A stretch of 64,000 nt of DNA from Eledone cirrhosa (taxonomy: Eukaryota). The notes beneath the pieces are model-generated. The model did not search any database, was not told the origin of the DNA, and saw only the letters and a list, made by a program, of their open reading frames with translations. The stretch is taken from positions 291,710,001-291,774,000 of the forward strand of contig OZ024742.1 of NCBI GenBank assembly GCA_964016885.1, in the 5' to 3' direction. Of the stretch, positions 62,292-64,000 are shown in pieces. The position numbers were made by a program, and so were the translations under genes. Every line of letters begins with the position of its first letter. Position 1 is the stretch's first letter.

Positions 62292-63432
62292 TATGTAACA
62301 ATTATTATTACTGTATAAACTGTTGTTTACTGGTCTGTTGTGGTATGGTGTTATATGTAACAATTATTATTACTGTATAAACTGTTGTTTACTGGTCTGT
62401 TGTGGTATGGTGTTATATGTAACAATTATTATTACTGTATAAACTGCTATTTACTGGTCTGTTGTGGTATGGTATTATATGTAACAATTATTATTACTGT
62501 ATAAACTGCTGTTTACTGGTCTGTTGTGGTATGGTGTTATATGTAACAATTATTATTACTGTATAAATTGACTGTTTACTGGTCTGTTGTGGTATGGTGT
62601 TATATGTAACAATAGTTATTACTGTACAAACTGCTGTTTACTGGTCTGTTGTGGTATGGTGTTATATGTAACAATAGTTATTACTGTATAAACTGCTGTT
62701 TACTGGTCTGTTGTGGTATGGTGTTATATGTAACAATAGTTATTAGTCTATAAATGGTGGTGGATTGGCAGTATCGGTAGAGGGTCTGACACCATGCTTT
62801 GCAGCAAAGAGTTACAGCCCATTATGGTCTGAGTTCAAATCCCACCGAGGTTAACTTTGCCTTTCATCCTTACGGGGCCGATAAAATATAGTACCAGTAA
62901 TACACTGGGATAATTGCTGGCCTTGTACCAAAAGTAGAAACAATTATTAGTCTATAAACTGTTGTTTACTGGTCTGTTGTGGTATGGTGTTATATATAAC
63001 AATTATTATTACTGTATAAACTGCTGTTTACTGGTCTGTTGTGGTATGGTGTTATATGTAACAATTATTATTAGTCTATAAACTGCTGTTTACTGGTCTG
63101 TTGTGGTATGGTGTTATATGTAACAATTATTATTACTGTATAAATTGACTGTTTACTGGTCTGTTGTGGTATGGTGTTATATGTAACAATAATTATTACT
63201 GTATAAATTGACTGTTTACTGGTCTGTTGTGGTATAGTGTTATATGTAACAATTATTATTACTGTATAAACTGCTGTTTACTGGTCTGTTGTGGTATGGT
63301 GTTATATGTAACAATTATTATTAGTCTATAAACTTACTTGTTTACTGGTCTGTTGTGGTATGGTGTTATATGTAACAATAATTATTACTGTATAAATTGA
63401 CTGTTTACTGGTCTGGTGTGGGAATGATGTTA
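62292..63432. repeat. 62/63-bp satellite array (~15 units) interrupted by a SINE
   Basis: The unit is ctgtttactggtctgttgtggtatggtgttatatgtaacaattattattactgtataaactg. Confidence 0.95.
62755..62943 (+). mobile_element. Full-length SINE S1 with 15-bp TSD
   Basis: ttattagtctataaa lies at 62740-54 and 62944-58. Has an A/B-box head, the S1 core and the 3' end. Confidence 0.92.
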
Positions 63433-64000
63433 TAATAATAATAATGATTTCTTCATTGGCCACAAGGGCTGACATCAAGAAAAACATTACAGACGGCACA
63501 GGACGGTGTGATGTGGGTTTTGTTCGTGTAAAGATTTTTATTATTTGTATAAGAAAAGAAAAAGACATAGAAACATATATATATATATAAACAATAAAAA
63601 TGAAAATTGAAACGATGAAAAATACCCCAATAGGGGGGAAACCTCCGAGGGTTACTCGTGGAGAAAACCACACAAAAAAACACAGCCACCCTGACCACCA
63701 AGGAAAGCGCCTTCTCTCAAACTACAGGCGTATATTCAGAGCAGTCCCATTCACTCGGACCATTCTCGCTACATTCACCCACCTTTCAACAAACTTGTTA
63801 GAAGGCACCACTTGCCTCTCCACCCTGATTTTTGGAAGTTATCTATAGGCCCTGGGCTGAAAGTTCTCCGGAAGAGAGCAAACAGCTGATCTTCTTCGAC
63901 ACCCAGAATCTCTCCGAGAATGCCATCGCTCTTCCCCTCCACTAGTCCTCTATAGAACGCCGAGGTAGATGTTCCACTGATACTGGTGCCCAGCTGGCAG
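63433..64000 (-). mobile_element. Tx1-clade LINE element B, 3' portion (runs off window)
   Basis: Has the same 3' terminus as element A. 63620-64000 is homologous to 55235-56040 (ORF2 C-terminus) with deletions. Confidence 0.88.

Overview
AT-rich, microsatellite-rich animal genomic DNA. The SINE/RTE repertoire suggests an octopus-like cephalopod, but this is inference. The window is almost entirely transposable elements and tandem repeats, and no host gene is confidently identifiable; there is one candidate 64-nt minus-strand exon. Retroelements: two RTE-clade LINE families, one copy nearly intact, both carrying a C4HC3 PHD-type finger immediately behind the RT core; a full-length decayed Tx1/L1-clade LINE nested in the (ATT)n tail of a related element; a Penelope GIY-YIG fragment with hammerhead-like motifs nearby; and many tRNA-derived SINEs. 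DNA elements: a Chapaev3/Transib-like transposon remnant; hAT, piggyBac, Tc1/mariner and Ginger-like MITEs; and Helitron-like elements. Tandem arrays: an ~8 kb 46-bp array with a 2930-bp higher-order duplication that grew out of a retroposon UTR module, plus 16-bp and 62-bp arrays. The best candidate for an undescribed system is an ATTAT-targeted Tx1 LINE/SINE partnership, supported by a shared 3' terminus and several SINE TSDs that begin ATTAT. The PHD-bearing RTE and the retroposon-born satellite come next.
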